From Dokdonella sp. (GTDB lineage: Bacteria > Pseudomonadota > Gammaproteobacteria > Xanthomonadales > Rhodanobacteraceae), in contig NZ_JAHCAP010000007.1 of the NCBI RefSeq assembly GCF_019634815.1, positions 29,194 to 93,193 on the forward strand: a DNA stretch of 64,000 nucleotides. Reading direction: 5' to 3'. Position numbers and translations under genes: made by a program. The notes beneath the pieces were generated by a model. The model was given only the letters and a program-made list of their open reading frames with translations, searched no databases and was not told the origin of the DNA. This document shows, piece after piece, positions 18,824 to 29,644 of the stretch. How positions within the stretch are numbered: position 1 is the first letter of the stretch; every line of letters starts with the position of its first letter.

Positions 18824-19959
18824 CACGCCAAACCGGGCAGTTTCTCGATCAGGTGGCGGCCATGACGCGCACCGATCGCGCCGCGCGATTCACGCTGGGC
18901 AAGCGCCAGATCAGCGGCCGCCATCTCGCGCACGAGTTCAGCGAAGCTGGTCTTGGGCGTCCAGCCCAGGCGCTCGCGCGCCATGCTTGGATCACCGAGC
19001 AGGGTTTCCACTTCGGCCGGGCGGTAATACTGCGGATGGATGCGCACGATCACATCGCCGACCTTGACCTGGAGGCTGTCATCGCGCAGCGATTTGACTG
19101 CAGCGTACTCGTCGGCACCGGCGCCGTGGAATTCGAGTTCCATGCCCATCTCGCGCGCAGCGAGCACCACGAATTCACGCACCGAATGCTGCTGCCCGGT
19201 GGCAATCACGTAGTCGACCGGCTCGTCCTGCTGCAGGATCAACCACTGCGCCTCGACGAAGTCGCGAGCATGGCCCCAGTCGCGGCGCGCGTCGAGATTG
19301 CCCAGATACAGGCAGTGCTGCAGACCACTTGCAATGCGCGCGAGCGCACGCGTGATCTTGCGCGTGACGAAGGTCTCGCCGCGAATCGGCGACTCGTGAT
19401 TGAACAGGATGCCATTGCAGGCATACAGGCCATAGGCTTCGCGGTAATTGACCGTGATCCAGTAACCATAGAGCTTGGCGACGCCGTAGGGCGAACGTGG
19501 ATGGAACGGCGTGGTCTCGCGCTGCGGCACTTCGCGCACCAGACCGTAGAGTTCCGAGGTTGAAGCCTGATAAAAGCGGCAATGCTCGCCGAGGCCGAGG
19601 CTGCGGATCGCTTCGAGCACGCGCAAGGTGCCGATGCCGTCGGCATTGGCGGTGTATTCGGGTTCTTCAAAGGACACCGCCACGTGACTCTGCGCGGCCA
19701 GGTTGTAGATTTCGTCGGGGCGCACTTCCCGCACCACGCGCAGGATGCTCAGCGAATCGGTGAGGTCACCATAGTGCAGGTGCACACCGCTGCGCGTGTC
19801 GTCGAGTTCGTGATGCAGGTGGTCGATGCGCTCGCTGTTGAAGGATGACGAGCGCCGGCGCAGGCCATGGACTTCATAGCCCTTGGCCAGCAGCAATTCA
19901 GCGAGATACGCGCCGTCCTGCCCGGTCACGCCCGTGATGAGTGCGCGCTTGTGCTCCAT
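18823..19959 (-). CDS. gmd: GDP-mannose 4,6-dehydratase
   Basis: [78 protein letters not shown]. Start 19959 preferred on RBS spacing; 19968 is the alternative. Confidence 0.95.
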   Translation of the reverse strand: MEHKRALITGVTGQDGAYLAELLLAKGYEVHGLRRRSSSFNSERIDHLHHELDDTRSGVHLHYGDLTDSLSILRVVREVRPDEIYNLAAQSHVAVSFEEPEYTANADGIGTLRVLEAIRSLGLGEHCRFYQASTSELYGLVREVPQRETTPFHPRSPYGVAKLYGYWITVNYREAYGLYACNGILFNHESPIRGETFVTRKITRALARIASGLQHCLYLGNLDARRDWGHARDFVEAQWLILQQDEPVDYVIATGQQHSVREFVVLAAREMGMELEFHGAGADEYAAVKSLRDDSLQVKVGDVIVRIHPQYYRPAEVETLLGDPSMARERLGWTPKTSFAELVREMAAADLALAQRESRGAIGARHGRHLIEKLPGLA

Positions 19960-20031
19960 CCAGCCCATGCTCCCTGACGAAAGCGACGATGGTAGCGGGC
20001 AGTGGCAGCGAAAAACAGCCTTGTTCCCGCC

Positions 20032-21381
20032 TCAAGGCCTGTTCTGGGTGCGAATGCTGCGGCCCCGTCCGATGCCGTAATAGGCGAGCCCCTCGGCCTC
20101 GACCACGGCCGGTTCATAAAGGTTGCGGCCATCAAACACGACCGGTGTGCGCAGGCATGCACGGATGCGCGCGAAGTCTGGACTGCGGAAGACCTTCCAC
20201 TCGGTGACCACGACCAGGGCGTCAGCGCCTTCGAGCGCGACGTAGGGTTGAGCACACAGCAGCAGGTCTGCACGTTCGCCATACAAGCGGCGCGTCTCTT
20301 CCATCGCCTCCGGGTCATGTGCGCGCACCGTGGCACCCGCCTGCCACAGGGCTTCAAGCAGGACCCGGCTGGGCGCCTCGCGCATGTCGTCGGTATTGGG
20401 CTTGAAGGCCAGCCCCCATACCGCGATCCTGCGGCCGGCAAGCGCCCCGTCGAAATGGTCTTCGAGCATGCTGAACAGGCGGTTCTTCTGCGCCACGTTG
20501 ACTGCTTCGACCGCATCGAGCAGGCGCGGCTCGCAGCCTTGCCCACGCGCAGCATGGGCGAGTGCTTTCACATCCTTGGGAAAGCACGAGCCACCATAGC
20601 CTGCGCCCGGATAGATGAAGTGATAGCCGATGCGCGGATCCGAGCCAATGCCGCGGCGCACCTGTTCGACATCTGCGCCGACACGTTCGGCGATGGAGGC
20701 GATCTCGTTCATGAAACTGATCTTGGTCGCCAGCATCGCGTTGGCCGCGTACTTGGTCAGCTCGGCCGAGCGCACGTCCATCAGCACGATGCGTTCGTGA
20801 TTGCGGTTGAATGGCGCATACAGGCTGCGCAGAAGTTCGACCGCACGCGCGCTGTCGCTGCCGATGACGATGCGATCGGGGCGCAGGCAGTCCTGCACCG
20901 CATCGCCTTCCTTGAGGAATTCGGGATTGGAAACCACGTCGAAGTCGATCGCGGCCCCGCGCCGAGCCAATTCCCCGGTGATCGCCGCGCGAACGGCATC
21001 GGCCGTTCCGACCGGCACCGTGGACTTGTTGACCACGACCAACGGACGACACATCACCTGCCCGATCGTGCGCGCGACCGCGAGCACATGCGACAGGTCG
21101 GCGCTGCCATCCTCGTCGGGCGGCGTGCCCACGGCGATGAACGCCACCTGTGCCTGGGCCAGTGCCGCAGCTGCATCGTCGGTGAAGCGCAATTGGCCGC
21201 TGCCTTGGTTGCTGCGCACCAGCGGCGCCAGACCCGGCTCGAAGATCGGAATCTCGCCGCGCTGCAGTTGCGCGATCTTGGCGGCATCGATATCGACGCA
21301 CACCACGTGGTTGCCCACTTCCGCCAGACAGGTTCCGGTGACCAGGCCGACGTAGCCGGTTCCGAAAATGGTCACTTGCAT
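20032..21381 (-). CDS. ugd: UDP-glucose 6-dehydrogenase
   Basis: [61 protein letters not shown]. Confidence 0.95.
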   Translation of the reverse strand: MQVTIFGTGYVGLVTGTCLAEVGNHVVCVDIDAAKIAQLQRGEIPIFEPGLAPLVRSNQGSGQLRFTDDAAAALAQAQVAFIAVGTPPDEDGSADLSHVLAVARTIGQVMCRPLVVVNKSTVPVGTADAVRAAITGELARRGAAIDFDVVSNPEFLKEGDAVQDCLRPDRIVIGSDSARAVELLRSLYAPFNRNHERIVLMDVRSAELTKYAANAMLATKISFMNEIASIAERVGADVEQVRRGIGSDPRIGYHFIYPGAGYGGSCFPKDVKALAHAARGQGCEPRLLDAVEAVNVAQKNRLFSMLEDHFDGALAGRRIAVWGLAFKPNTDDMREAPSRVLLEALWQAGATVRAHDPEAMEETRRLYGERADLLLCAQPYVALEGADALVVVTEWKVFRSPDFARIRACLRTPVVFDGRNLYEPAVVEAEGLAYYGIGRGRSIRTQNRP

Positions 21382-21657
21382 GAACGCACACCAAGATCCG
21401 AAGGGTCGGCAATTCTAGCCTGTGTGATCGACCGTCGGCCCTGCACGGCGCGTGTGGACGAGAATCCTCCTTCGGGCCCTTGCCGGACCGCTCCGAGCAG
21501 GCCAACCGCCGGGCACCGCCGCGCAATTCAAGATTCCCGATCGCGGCAGGAGGATCCGCGACCCCAGGCTTCCCCGGCCATCCCGCCTGCGCGCGCTCCA
21601 ATCCGCATAGCCCACGGGCCCGCTTTTTTCGTCTTTCCGCAAACGGCGCGGCGAAGC

Positions 21658-21692
21658 AAAAAAGAAGGCGCGCCGGTTCGCGGCGCGCCCTC
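21658..21692 (-). terminator. Intrinsic terminator after fkpA
   Basis: GGCGCGCC-N7-GGCGCGCC stem followed by a T6 tract on the minus strand. Confidence 0.75.
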
Positions 21693-21716
21693 GTGAACTG
21701 CGTGAAGCCGGCGAAC

Positions 21717-22514
21717 TTACTTCTTGGCCGGTTCTGCCTTGACCGCGGGCTTGGCGGCAGCCGCGGGCTTGGGCGCCTCGGCAGGCTTTTCGATGTCGAG
21801 CAGCTCGACTTCGAAGATCAGCGTCGCGTTCGGGCCGATCTGGCCGGGGCCATTCTCGCCGTAGGCAAGATCGGACGGCACGAACAGCTTGTACTTGGAG
21901 CCCACCGGCATCAGCTGCAGGCCTTCGCTCCAACCCTTGATCACGCCATTGAGCGGGAAGGTCGCCGGCTGACCACGGTCGTAGGAGCTGTCGAACTTCT
22001 CGCCGTCGATCTTGGTACCCAGGTAATTGACCTTGACCGTATCGGTGGCCTTGGGCTTGGCGCCCTTGCCTTCCTTCTCGACCAGGTACTGCAGGCCTGA
22101 GGCCGTGGTCTTGACGCCGGCCTTGGACTTGTTCTTGGCAAGGAAGTCGGCGCCTTCCTTCTTGTTCTTGTCGGCAGCGGCCTTCTGCTCGGCAACGCGC
22201 TTGGCCTGGAGCTGCTTCATGAACTCCTGACGCACCTGCAGCGCCTCTTCCTGGGTCAGCGCGGTCTTCTCGCCCTTGAGGGTCTGCTCGAGCGCCTTCT
22301 CGACCACTTTGATGTCGATGTCGTCCTTGATCTGGGTGAGACCGCGGCCGATGTCCATGCCGACCATCGTGCTGATGTTGTTCTTGTCGACGGCGACCGT
22401 CGGCGCCGCCGGCTTGGCCGCTTCCGGCGTCTTGGCCTTGTCGTCGGCGTAGGCGCCGATGGCGAAACTCGCCGCCAGCGCGGCAACAAGGGTCTTCTGC
22501 ATGAAACGCGTCAT
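21717..22514 (-). CDS. fkpA: FKBP-type peptidyl-prolyl isomerase (FkpA/Mip family)
   Basis: Signal peptide, N-terminal dimerisation helix (STMVGMDIG), TASGLQY, KFDSSYDRGQP, VIKGWSEGL, LAYG, LIFEVELL. Confidence 0.93.
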   Translation of the reverse strand: MTRFMQKTLVAALAASFAIGAYADDKAKTPEAAKPAAPTVAVDKNNISTMVGMDIGRGLTQIKDDIDIKVVEKALEQTLKGEKTALTQEEALQVRQEFMKQLQAKRVAEQKAAADKNKKEGADFLAKNKSKAGVKTTASGLQYLVEKEGKGAKPKATDTVKVNYLGTKIDGEKFDSSYDRGQPATFPLNGVIKGWSEGLQLMPVGSKYKLFVPSDLAYGENGPGQIGPNATLIFEVELLDIEKPAEAPKPAAAAKPAVKAEPAKK

Positions 22515-22783
22515 GGTTGCTCCTGAAGTGAAGAAATGCCGGTCACTGCCAATCTGGCATCACGCACGGCTTAATCCGGCCGCTTGTGCGGGACCGCGTA
22601 TTGTGAACATCGCCTCCGGCCTTGGCAAACCCGGAACGCGCGCCTTGGACAGCGCCGCGGCGATTTGGTTTCACGGCCGCGCCGGCCCGGATGCCGCCGA
22701 GGTCGGCCCCGCAGAATCAGACACTTGCGACGCCACAGCCGCGGACTGGCGGTGAACCCTGCAAGGATTCACCGCGCCCGGAC

Positions 22784-24085
22784 TCACAGCAGGGCCGCGC
22801 GCTTGAGCGCGAGATAGTGCTCGACCAGCGCCGCGGGCAATTGCGCGCAGGTCACATCGAGCACATCGGCGCCCTGCGCCCGCAGCATCGCATGCACCCG
22901 TCGCCGTTGTTCGATGTACTGCGCCATCGCGCCAAGGTGGATCGCATCATCGAGGTCTTGCACCTTGGCTCGCCGACCCAGATCGACGACGTCCTCGCGC
23001 AGGCTTGCAACGCACACCAGATGACGCTTGCGCAATTGGCGCACCGCACCGAGCAGATCCTCGATGTCCTCGTCGCGCGCATTGGTGACCAGCAGCACCA
23101 GGCAACGTCGCGGCTGGCGCGCCGAGAAAGTCGAAACGGCCTCGAGATAGTCGGTCGCCACGGCCTTGGCCTCGAGGTCGAACAAGGCATCGAGCAACAC
23201 GTCGATCGTGCCCAGTCCACGCCGCGGTGCGACGAACCGCGCATCGCCTCCGCTTGCCTGCAGGCCCACCGCATCACCTTGGCGCAGGGCGATCCACGCC
23301 ACCATCAGCGCGGCATTGAGCACATGGTCGAAGTGCGACAGGATGCCGTCCCGCGCGAGCATGCGCCGACCGGTATCGAGCAGCAGCATGACCTGTTGAT
23401 TGCGCTCGTCCTGATATTCGCGCGAGATCAGCTTGCGCATGCGCCGGGTCGCCTTCCAGTCGATCTGGCGCATCGAATCGCCCAGGCGGTATTCGCGCAG
23501 CTGCTGGAAATCGGTGCCTTCGCCACGCCGACGCTTGAGATGCGCCCCGATCACGCGCGTGACCTGCTCGGTGCCAACCAGGGCCAGTCGTGCAAGCGGC
23601 GCAAAGTTCGGATACACGCGCAGCCGCTGTCGCGCCTCGACCACGCGCTGCTGCTGCCACAACCGCAGCGGTGAATGCAGGCGCAGCATGCAGCCGGCGA
23701 ACTCGAAGCGACCGCGCTCGGTGGGCGTGAGTCGATAGACCAGACGCAGTTCGCGCTGCACCGGAATCTCCACGCATTGCGGCTGGTCCTGTACCGGCCA
23801 TGCGCCGGGATGCAGGTCGTGCACATCCAGACGCAGTGCCTGATGTCCGTCGTGACGCAAGCGCAGTGCGATCTCGCGCTCGACACCGACCGGCACCACC
23901 GCCGGCGCCTCGCGTTCGACCACGGGTGTCGACAAGCGCTGCAGTTGCCGGACATCGACAATCGCGAGCACGGTCAGCACCACGGCCGCAACCGCAAGTG
24001 CGGCAGCGGGCAGCAAACCGGCCGCGACCAGCACGCCAAGTCCGGCGAGGCCAAGCAGGGCGATGACGAATGCGCGCGAGGGCAT
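22784..24085 (-). CDS. DUF58 (VWA-like) MoxR partner with N-terminal membrane anchor
   Basis: GEGTDFQQLREYRLGDSMRQIDWKATRR, LLDTGRRM (MIDAS-like); TGATG overlap with the moxR stop. Confidence 0.85.
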   Translation of the reverse strand: MPSRAFVIALLGLAGLGVLVAAGLLPAAALAVAAVVLTVLAIVDVRQLQRLSTPVVEREAPAVVPVGVEREIALRLRHDGHQALRLDVHDLHPGAWPVQDQPQCVEIPVQRELRLVYRLTPTERGRFEFAGCMLRLHSPLRLWQQQRVVEARQRLRVYPNFAPLARLALVGTEQVTRVIGAHLKRRRGEGTDFQQLREYRLGDSMRQIDWKATRRMRKLISREYQDERNQQVMLLLDTGRRMLARDGILSHFDHVLNAALMVAWIALRQGDAVGLQASGGDARFVAPRRGLGTIDVLLDALFDLEAKAVATDYLEAVSTFSARQPRRCLVLLVTNARDEDIEDLLGAVRQLRKRHLVCVASLREDVVDLGRRAKVQDLDDAIHLGAMAQYIEQRRRVHAMLRAQGADVLDVTCAQLPAALVEHYLALKRAALL

Positions 24086-25098
24086 CACTGGCGCGGCGCT
24101 TCCACCTTGAGCAGGAGTGCTTCGAGCACGTCGTCGACGCGCCGCCCTTCGATCTGCATCTCCGGCGCCAGACTGAGTCGATGCCGCAGCGCGGGTCGCG
24201 CGATCGAACGTACGTCATCGGGCGTGACGAAATCGCGCTCGCCAAGCACCGCCTGTGCCCGCGCCGCGCGTACCAGCGCCAACGAACCGCGCGGCCCGGC
24301 GCCCATCGACAAGCCCGGCCATTCACGCGTCGCGCGCACGATCCGCACCGCATAGTCGAGCACCACCGGATCGACGCGCACCTGCGCCGTACCCAATTGC
24401 ATCGCCAGAATCTGCGCCGGACGCACCACCGCGCGCACCCGCGACAGGTCGAAATCGTTGGCACTTCGGCCTGCGCTGATCGCCTCGACCATCCGCACTT
24501 CCTCGGCAAGCGGCGGATAATTCATGTGGATCTTGAGCAGGAATCGATCCAGTTGCGCCTCGGGCAAGGGATAAGTGCCTTCCTGCTCGATCGGGTTCTG
24601 GGTGGCGATCACGAAGAACGGCGGATCGAGCACGAAACTGCGCGATTCGATCGTGACCTGGAGTTCCTGCATGGCTTCGAGCAGGGCAGCCTGGGTCTTG
24701 GCAGGCGCGCGATTGATTTCGTCGGCCAGCAGCAAGTTGGCAAATACCGGTCCACGGCGGATGCGGAAGCTCTCGCTCTTGGGATCGTAGAAGGCGTGCC
24801 CACTGACGTCGCTGGGCATGAGGTCGGGCGTGAACTGCACGCGCGCATGCGTGCAGTCGAGTGCGCTGGCGAGCGACCGAACCAGCAAGGTCTTGCCCAG
24901 TCCCGGGACGCCTTCGATCAGCACGTGGCCGCCGGCGAGCAAGGCCACCAGCAGTTGATCGAGGACCTCCGCCTGGCCGATGAACGCCTGCGCGACCTGG
25001 CTACGGATCGCCGCGCAACACTGGCTCAGTGCCGCGCCAGTCATCGGCGCGACCGGCGGCATCGGCTTGGCGGGGGTGGATTCATCGCTCATGCGCAC
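24085..25098 (-). CDS. moxR: MoxR-family AAA+ ATPase
   Basis: HVLIEGVPGLGKT (Walker A), RVQFTPDLMPSD, LADEINRAPAKTQAALLEAMQE, ATQNPIEQEGTYPLPEAQLDRF. Start 25098 or 25092. Confidence 0.93.
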   Translation of the reverse strand: MRMSDESTPAKPMPPVAPMTGAALSQCCAAIRSQVAQAFIGQAEVLDQLLVALLAGGHVLIEGVPGLGKTLLVRSLASALDCTHARVQFTPDLMPSDVSGHAFYDPKSESFRIRRGPVFANLLLADEINRAPAKTQAALLEAMQELQVTIESRSFVLDPPFFVIATQNPIEQEGTYPLPEAQLDRFLLKIHMNYPPLAEEVRMVEAISAGRSANDFDLSRVRAVVRPAQILAMQLGTAQVRVDPVVLDYAVRIVRATREWPGLSMGAGPRGSLALVRAARAQAVLGERDFVTPDDVRSIARPALRHRLSLAPEMQIEGRRVDDVLEALLLKVEAPRQ

Positions 25099-25182
25099 AT
25101 TCCTTGGATTGATGGCCGCCCGAGGCAGCCTCGTGGGTCACGGTTCTGGATTGCCCGCAGGCATTGATGGAGCATTGCTCAT

Positions 25183-26316
25183 TCATCGCAGGCCGAGCTC
25201 ATCGAGTGCCTTCACGGTCTGCAGGAAGGCATCGGACCGGTTGATATCGGCCGGCTGCAGGGCTTGGCGAACGAAGGCGATCGGCCGACCGCGCAGCTTG
25301 GCGACTGCCGCAATCAAGTCCTCGCCGTCGAGCGCGGCAACGGCCGGATCTTCAAGCCGCAGTCGTTCGTCGAACGCGCGCCGCAAGGGCGCATACAGCG
25401 CGCTCGCCTTGCGCTGACGGATGATGAACTCGCCGGCCGCGTCAATGTGCTCGCGCAAGGCGCGCCGAGGTGCGACGGGCGCCGGCAGCAGCGGCCCCAA
25501 CCGGCGGCTGCGCAGCCACAACCACGCCAGCAGGGCCAGCAACGCCGGCACCAGCGCCTGCCAGGCATGGCGGGCCAGCAACACATGCAGCGGCGGCAGG
25601 CTGCTCGCATAAACCAGATGCACACGGCCGCCCTGCAGCAAGGGCGCAAGCAATTGCCAGCTCAGCTGCGCGTTGCGTGCCTTGGACAAGTGCTGGTTGT
25701 CGAGAAACTGCAGATCGCCGATCACCGTCCAACTGCCCTTGCCCAGGAATCGCCGGCCCATGAAGTAGCCTTTTTCGGCATCTCCGACCAGCAGGTCGAA
25801 ATTTTCGTCAGAGCCTTCATCGAAGGTGAACGTCCTGAAACAATCCGGCCGCATGTTCGCCTTGCTCCGGGTCTGCCCAACCGCCGACTCGGCCATGTCG
25901 ACGCAGTGCATCCGCATGCCACGCTTGATGCCAAGCGCTTCGATCAGATCGCCATCCCTGCCCTCCACACCCGGCGGCACCGCGAACAGCAATCTGCCGC
26001 CATTGCCCATCCAGTCGAGCACGGCATCCACTTGCGCCTCACTCAAGGTGCGCACATCCGAACCCAGCACCAGCGTGTCGTGATCACCCATCGTCATCGC
26101 CGCGAAATCCAGCCGCGCGCGCGAGCTGACCTCGTGACCACTGGCCTGCAGGGTTTTCTTCAATGCGTAAAGCGGGTTGTATGCCGCTTCGCCCTGCAGC
26201 GGCGCATCCTGGTCGACCTCCACGAGTTCGTGACCGCTCAACCACCAGGCGCCGACCGCAACGACCAGCAGGGTGAAAAGGACGATCATCAGGAGATTGC
26301 GGCCTCTTTGCGTCAT
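25183..26316 (-). CDS. DUF4350-like protein (N-terminal TM, GATase-like extracytoplasmic domain, C-terminal TM)
   Basis: YNPLYALKK, WMGNGGRLL, FLDNQHL, WLRSRRLGP, REHIDAAG; position in a MoxR operon; ATGA overlap upstream. Confidence 0.7.
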   Translation of the reverse strand: MTQRGRNLLMIVLFTLLVVAVGAWWLSGHELVEVDQDAPLQGEAAYNPLYALKKTLQASGHEVSSRARLDFAAMTMGDHDTLVLGSDVRTLSEAQVDAVLDWMGNGGRLLFAVPPGVEGRDGDLIEALGIKRGMRMHCVDMAESAVGQTRSKANMRPDCFRTFTFDEGSDENFDLLVGDAEKGYFMGRRFLGKGSWTVIGDLQFLDNQHLSKARNAQLSWQLLAPLLQGGRVHLVYASSLPPLHVLLARHAWQALVPALLALLAWLWLRSRRLGPLLPAPVAPRRALREHIDAAGEFIIRQRKASALYAPLRRAFDERLRLEDPAVAALDGEDLIAAVAKLRGRPIAFVRQALQPADINRSDAFLQTVKALDELGLR

Positions 26317-27947
26317 GGCACCACTGCCCTGTCTCGCTGCCAAGCGACCAGCAGGGCTTCGACTTCGCCGGGGGCCGCTGGACGCTGCGCATACGCCGTC
26401 GCTTGCCATGCGCGCACAATTCGCGCAAACAGGCCGGCGTAGGCGGAATCGGTCAAACCACGCGCACTGCGCAGACAATCGGCTTCGGTGGCCCCGGGCG
26501 GCAAGGGCGTGCCCAGCGCCACCACCAGTCGTTCCACCCCGGCGCGGTAGAGCAGCGCGAGGGCATCGCGCACGCGGTCGGCTTTCAGCAGCGCGCGCAC
26601 CGCCCCTTCGATGTCGACGGGCAAAGGCTCGCGCGCCCGGATTCCATGCAGGCTCGGGGCCTGCTGCGTCCTGCGCACTTCGACACGCTCGGTGATCCAC
26701 GGCAACCAGCGCCGCCAATTGGCGATGACGAGGATCAACAGTCCGGCGGCGATGATCCACAAACCGTAATGAAACACGAATCCGACGACCTCGCCGATCC
26801 GCCGGATCCATTCCGGATTGCTTGCGGTTTTGCGTTGCCCGGACTCCGATCTGGAGCGCCATTGGCTCACACGTTTGGTCGGATGCAGATCCTGACTTGC
26901 GTAGACCTTGCGCACCGCGGCCTCGAAGTCCTTGCCATCGTCGCGCCAGGCGTCACCGAAACTGTCCTGGATCGGCACGAGTTCCGAATGTTGCCCGTCA
27001 GCCTTCCCGACCGCTGGATCCGCGGCAGTCCCGGCGGTGGGCGACGCCTGCGCCGGCTGTCCGGATTCGCCGTCCACATGCACAGTCCACGGTGCCTCGC
27101 TGCCCGGATGTTCCTGCGGCGATGCCGCCACAACAGGCCTTGCCGTACCCAGGCCCAGTCCGCAAGCGAGCAAGATCGCCCCCGTGACCGACGCGAGCCG
27201 GGTCGCAATGCGGCGAAAGGCCAGCTCGATATCCCAAGCTTCCAGTTGCATGCGGCGGTTGAGATAGAGCCCGAAACCGGCGCCGATGTAAAACGGCTCG
27301 ATGATGCAAGTCGCCGCCCAGAATGCGAGGTTCGACAGCAGTTGCGCCCACGGCGGCGGATTGTCGAACAAGGTCGAAAAGGTTGCCTGCACCGATTCAT
27401 CGAGAAATTCGACCGGCACAAACATCAGCACCAGAACGATGAAGGAGAAATACATCATCGCTTCGAGGTTGGCGGCGACCAGGGTCACCGCACCCGCGGT
27501 GGTGCCATCGCCGCGGCCAAGTACCTGGGCGCGCTCCTTGCGCTGACTGCCGTGCACGCCTTCGAGCAGATCGATTGGCAGCAACAGCGCGCGCAGGGGA
27601 TGCAGGCGCCGCCAGGTCAACCATGCCGCGGTCGCCGGCCAACCGCGGGACCACTGCGCGGCAAGCGCCTCAACCACGCTCGGCATCTGGCCGAACACGG
27701 CGCGCGCAAGCACGAACACGAGGCCGCGATCGAACAAGGGCTTGAGCCACCACATCACGAACGGCGCCACGCTGAGCAGCCCCAGCAGCCATGCCAGACC
27801 GTTGATGAGGATGAATACCGGCAAGGTCGTCAGCACCCAGACCGCAAACACCCGCGCCGCATTCGCACGCACGATCGCAAAGCCCAGGTCCGTGGCCTCC
27901 CAGGCCGATCGCGGGCGCAACTGGATGCGCAGATCGTCGACAAGCAT
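26313..27947 (-). CDS. Multi-pass membrane protein with DUF4129-like C-terminal domain
   Basis: LRPRSAWEATDLG, YLNRRMQLEAWDIELAFRR, ALALLYRA, GATEADCL, WQATAYA. Confidence 0.7.
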   Translation of the reverse strand: MLVDDLRIQLRPRSAWEATDLGFAIVRANAARVFAVWVLTTLPVFILINGLAWLLGLLSVAPFVMWWLKPLFDRGLVFVLARAVFGQMPSVVEALAAQWSRGWPATAAWLTWRRLHPLRALLLPIDLLEGVHGSQRKERAQVLGRGDGTTAGAVTLVAANLEAMMYFSFIVLVLMFVPVEFLDESVQATFSTLFDNPPPWAQLLSNLAFWAATCIIEPFYIGAGFGLYLNRRMQLEAWDIELAFRRIATRLASVTGAILLACGLGLGTARPVVAASPQEHPGSEAPWTVHVDGESGQPAQASPTAGTAADPAVGKADGQHSELVPIQDSFGDAWRDDGKDFEAAVRKVYASQDLHPTKRVSQWRSRSESGQRKTASNPEWIRRIGEVVGFVFHYGLWIIAAGLLILVIANWRRWLPWITERVEVRRTQQAPSLHGIRAREPLPVDIEGAVRALLKADRVRDALALLYRAGVERLVVALGTPLPPGATEADCLRSARGLTDSAYAGLFARIVRAWQATAYAQRPAAPGEVEALLVAWQRDRAVVP

Positions 27948-27950
27948 GCG

Positions 27951-28955
27951 TCAGGGCCCCGTATCGCCTGACCGGATGTCGCGTCCGCCACGCCACAGCC
28001 AAGCCAGGATCAGCACCCACAGCAGGCCGCCGACGCCGTACTTGACCGATGGCGGAACCCACAGCTTGGATGACCAGTAGGCCTCGATGAATGCGGCAAA
28101 AACCAGCATTGCGAAGATGCCAAGCACGAGCTTGGCGCCGATCACGCCCGCTTCGACCAACGCCCGAGCGCGCGAGCGGCGACCTGGCGCGACCAAGGCC
28201 ATGCCGACCTGCAAGCCCGCGCCGCCGCTGATGACGATGGCAAGGAGTTCGGGCGCGCTGTGCCCGGCCACGAAACTCCAGAACGGTTCGCCATAGCCGA
28301 TCGAAGTCAGATGCCCGGCCACGGCGCCGATGATCGTGCCGTTCAACAGCAATACGAAGATCGAACCGATACCCGCAAGCAAGCCGCTGGCGAAAGTGCG
28401 AAAACCAATGCTGATGTTGTTGAAAATGTAGTAGCCGAACATCGTCAGATCGGCGCCCTCGCTGCGACCGATGCGATCCCTTGTCCGGGCCGGGTCGTAC
28501 ATCGACTCGAAGTTGGCAAGTTGCTGCGGGTCGAACAGGGAATGAATGAGTTCCGGGCGCAATTGCAACATCACCACCGCCGCGATCAGCGACAGGAAGA
28601 ACAAGGCGGCCGAGACTGCCATGACGCGCCATTGCGCCCGCACCAGACGTGGAAACTGCGAAGAGAAGAACGCAAGCATGTGCTGCAGGCGCGGCGGCGC
28701 GGGCTTGTACAGCACCTGGTGTCCGCGCTGGGCCAGTGCGCGCAGCCGGTCCCTCAGTCGCACGCTGTATTCGCGCCGCTCGGCCAGTGCCAGTTGCTGG
28801 CACAAACGACGCAAGGCCAGCGGGAACTGCCCGGCGGGTATGAGTCCCTCGGCCGTTTTGCGGTCGCGCTCGCGCCGCCCCGCGTGTGCGTCAAGCCAGC
28901 GCTCGAAGTTGAGCCAATCCTGCTCGTGCTGCGCCTGGAACGCTTCCTGCTTCAT
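27951..28955 (-). CDS. Stage II sporulation protein M-like (DUF95) membrane protein
   Basis: YIFNNISIGF, LLLNGTIIG, HSAPELLAIVISGGAG, AAFIEAYWS; ATGA overlap with the RDD stop. Confidence 0.8.
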   Translation of the reverse strand: MKQEAFQAQHEQDWLNFERWLDAHAGRRERDRKTAEGLIPAGQFPLALRRLCQQLALAERREYSVRLRDRLRALAQRGHQVLYKPAPPRLQHMLAFFSSQFPRLVRAQWRVMAVSAALFFLSLIAAVVMLQLRPELIHSLFDPQQLANFESMYDPARTRDRIGRSEGADLTMFGYYIFNNISIGFRTFASGLLAGIGSIFVLLLNGTIIGAVAGHLTSIGYGEPFWSFVAGHSAPELLAIVISGGAGLQVGMALVAPGRRSRARALVEAGVIGAKLVLGIFAMLVFAAFIEAYWSSKLWVPPSVKYGVGGLLWVLILAWLWRGGRDIRSGDTGP

Positions 28956-29632
28956 GCGCGCCCCAGGAATGAGGCCGCCAGACCATGCAATCGACGCACC
29001 GCGACCGATTGCCGCGCGCCAGTGAGCATCGGCAGCAGATCCGCGAGTTCCGCCTGCCGTTCGGGCGTAAGCCGCGCACTGCGCTCGGCGAACTCGATGA
29101 TCGCCGCGCGCTCCGTTGCGGGCAGCGAAATGGACGAAGCCAGCGCAGGTACGCTCGGCAACTCGCCGACGCGAACAGGGACGTCGACGTACACCACGAG
29201 GGTACCTGCGACAAGGTCGCCCAGACGCCGGCCATATGGATCGGCCAGACTCGCCACCAAACCGAATCCATAGGCAATCGGCAACATGTCGACCGTGCGC
29301 ATCAGGTTGCGCACGATCGAGGCAAGCCAGGTGACCGGCGTGCCATTGGCGTTGACGACCCGCAGGCGCATGATTTTCTTGCCTGGCGTCTGGCCCTCGA
29401 GCAGCACCTCGAACAGGATCGGATAGAGCCAGATCACGGTGAACAGCGCGAGCAAATAGACGCCCGAGCCGCTCGCGCCCAGCGCAGCCAGCATGCCCGC
29501 CAAGGTGAACAGCGCTGCGGCACGGATGAGGAAATCCAGCGCCCATGCACAGGCACGCGGCAAGGCGCCGGCCGCGCGCATCTGCAGGAAGATTCCCTCG
29601 GGCGTCTCGGCGACGCGCAGTGTATCGATCAT
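28952..29632 (-). CDS. RDD family membrane protein
   Basis: ETPEGI, RACAWALDF, GQTPGKKIMRLRV, RNLMRTVD, RLGDLVAGTLVV. Confidence 0.85.
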   Translation of the reverse strand: MIDTLRVAETPEGIFLQMRAAGALPRACAWALDFLIRAAALFTLAGMLAALGASGSGVYLLALFTVIWLYPILFEVLLEGQTPGKKIMRLRVVNANGTPVTWLASIVRNLMRTVDMLPIAYGFGLVASLADPYGRRLGDLVAGTLVVYVDVPVRVGELPSVPALASSISLPATERAAIIEFAERSARLTPERQAELADLLPMLTGARQSVAVRRLHGLAASFLGRA

Positions 29633-29644
29633 CGCACCACGGGT

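Noticed and set aside
27951-28955. Sporulation function for the SpoIIM-like gene
   Set aside because: The family is widespread in non-sporulating bacteria; the context is a MoxR operon in a gammaproteobacterium.
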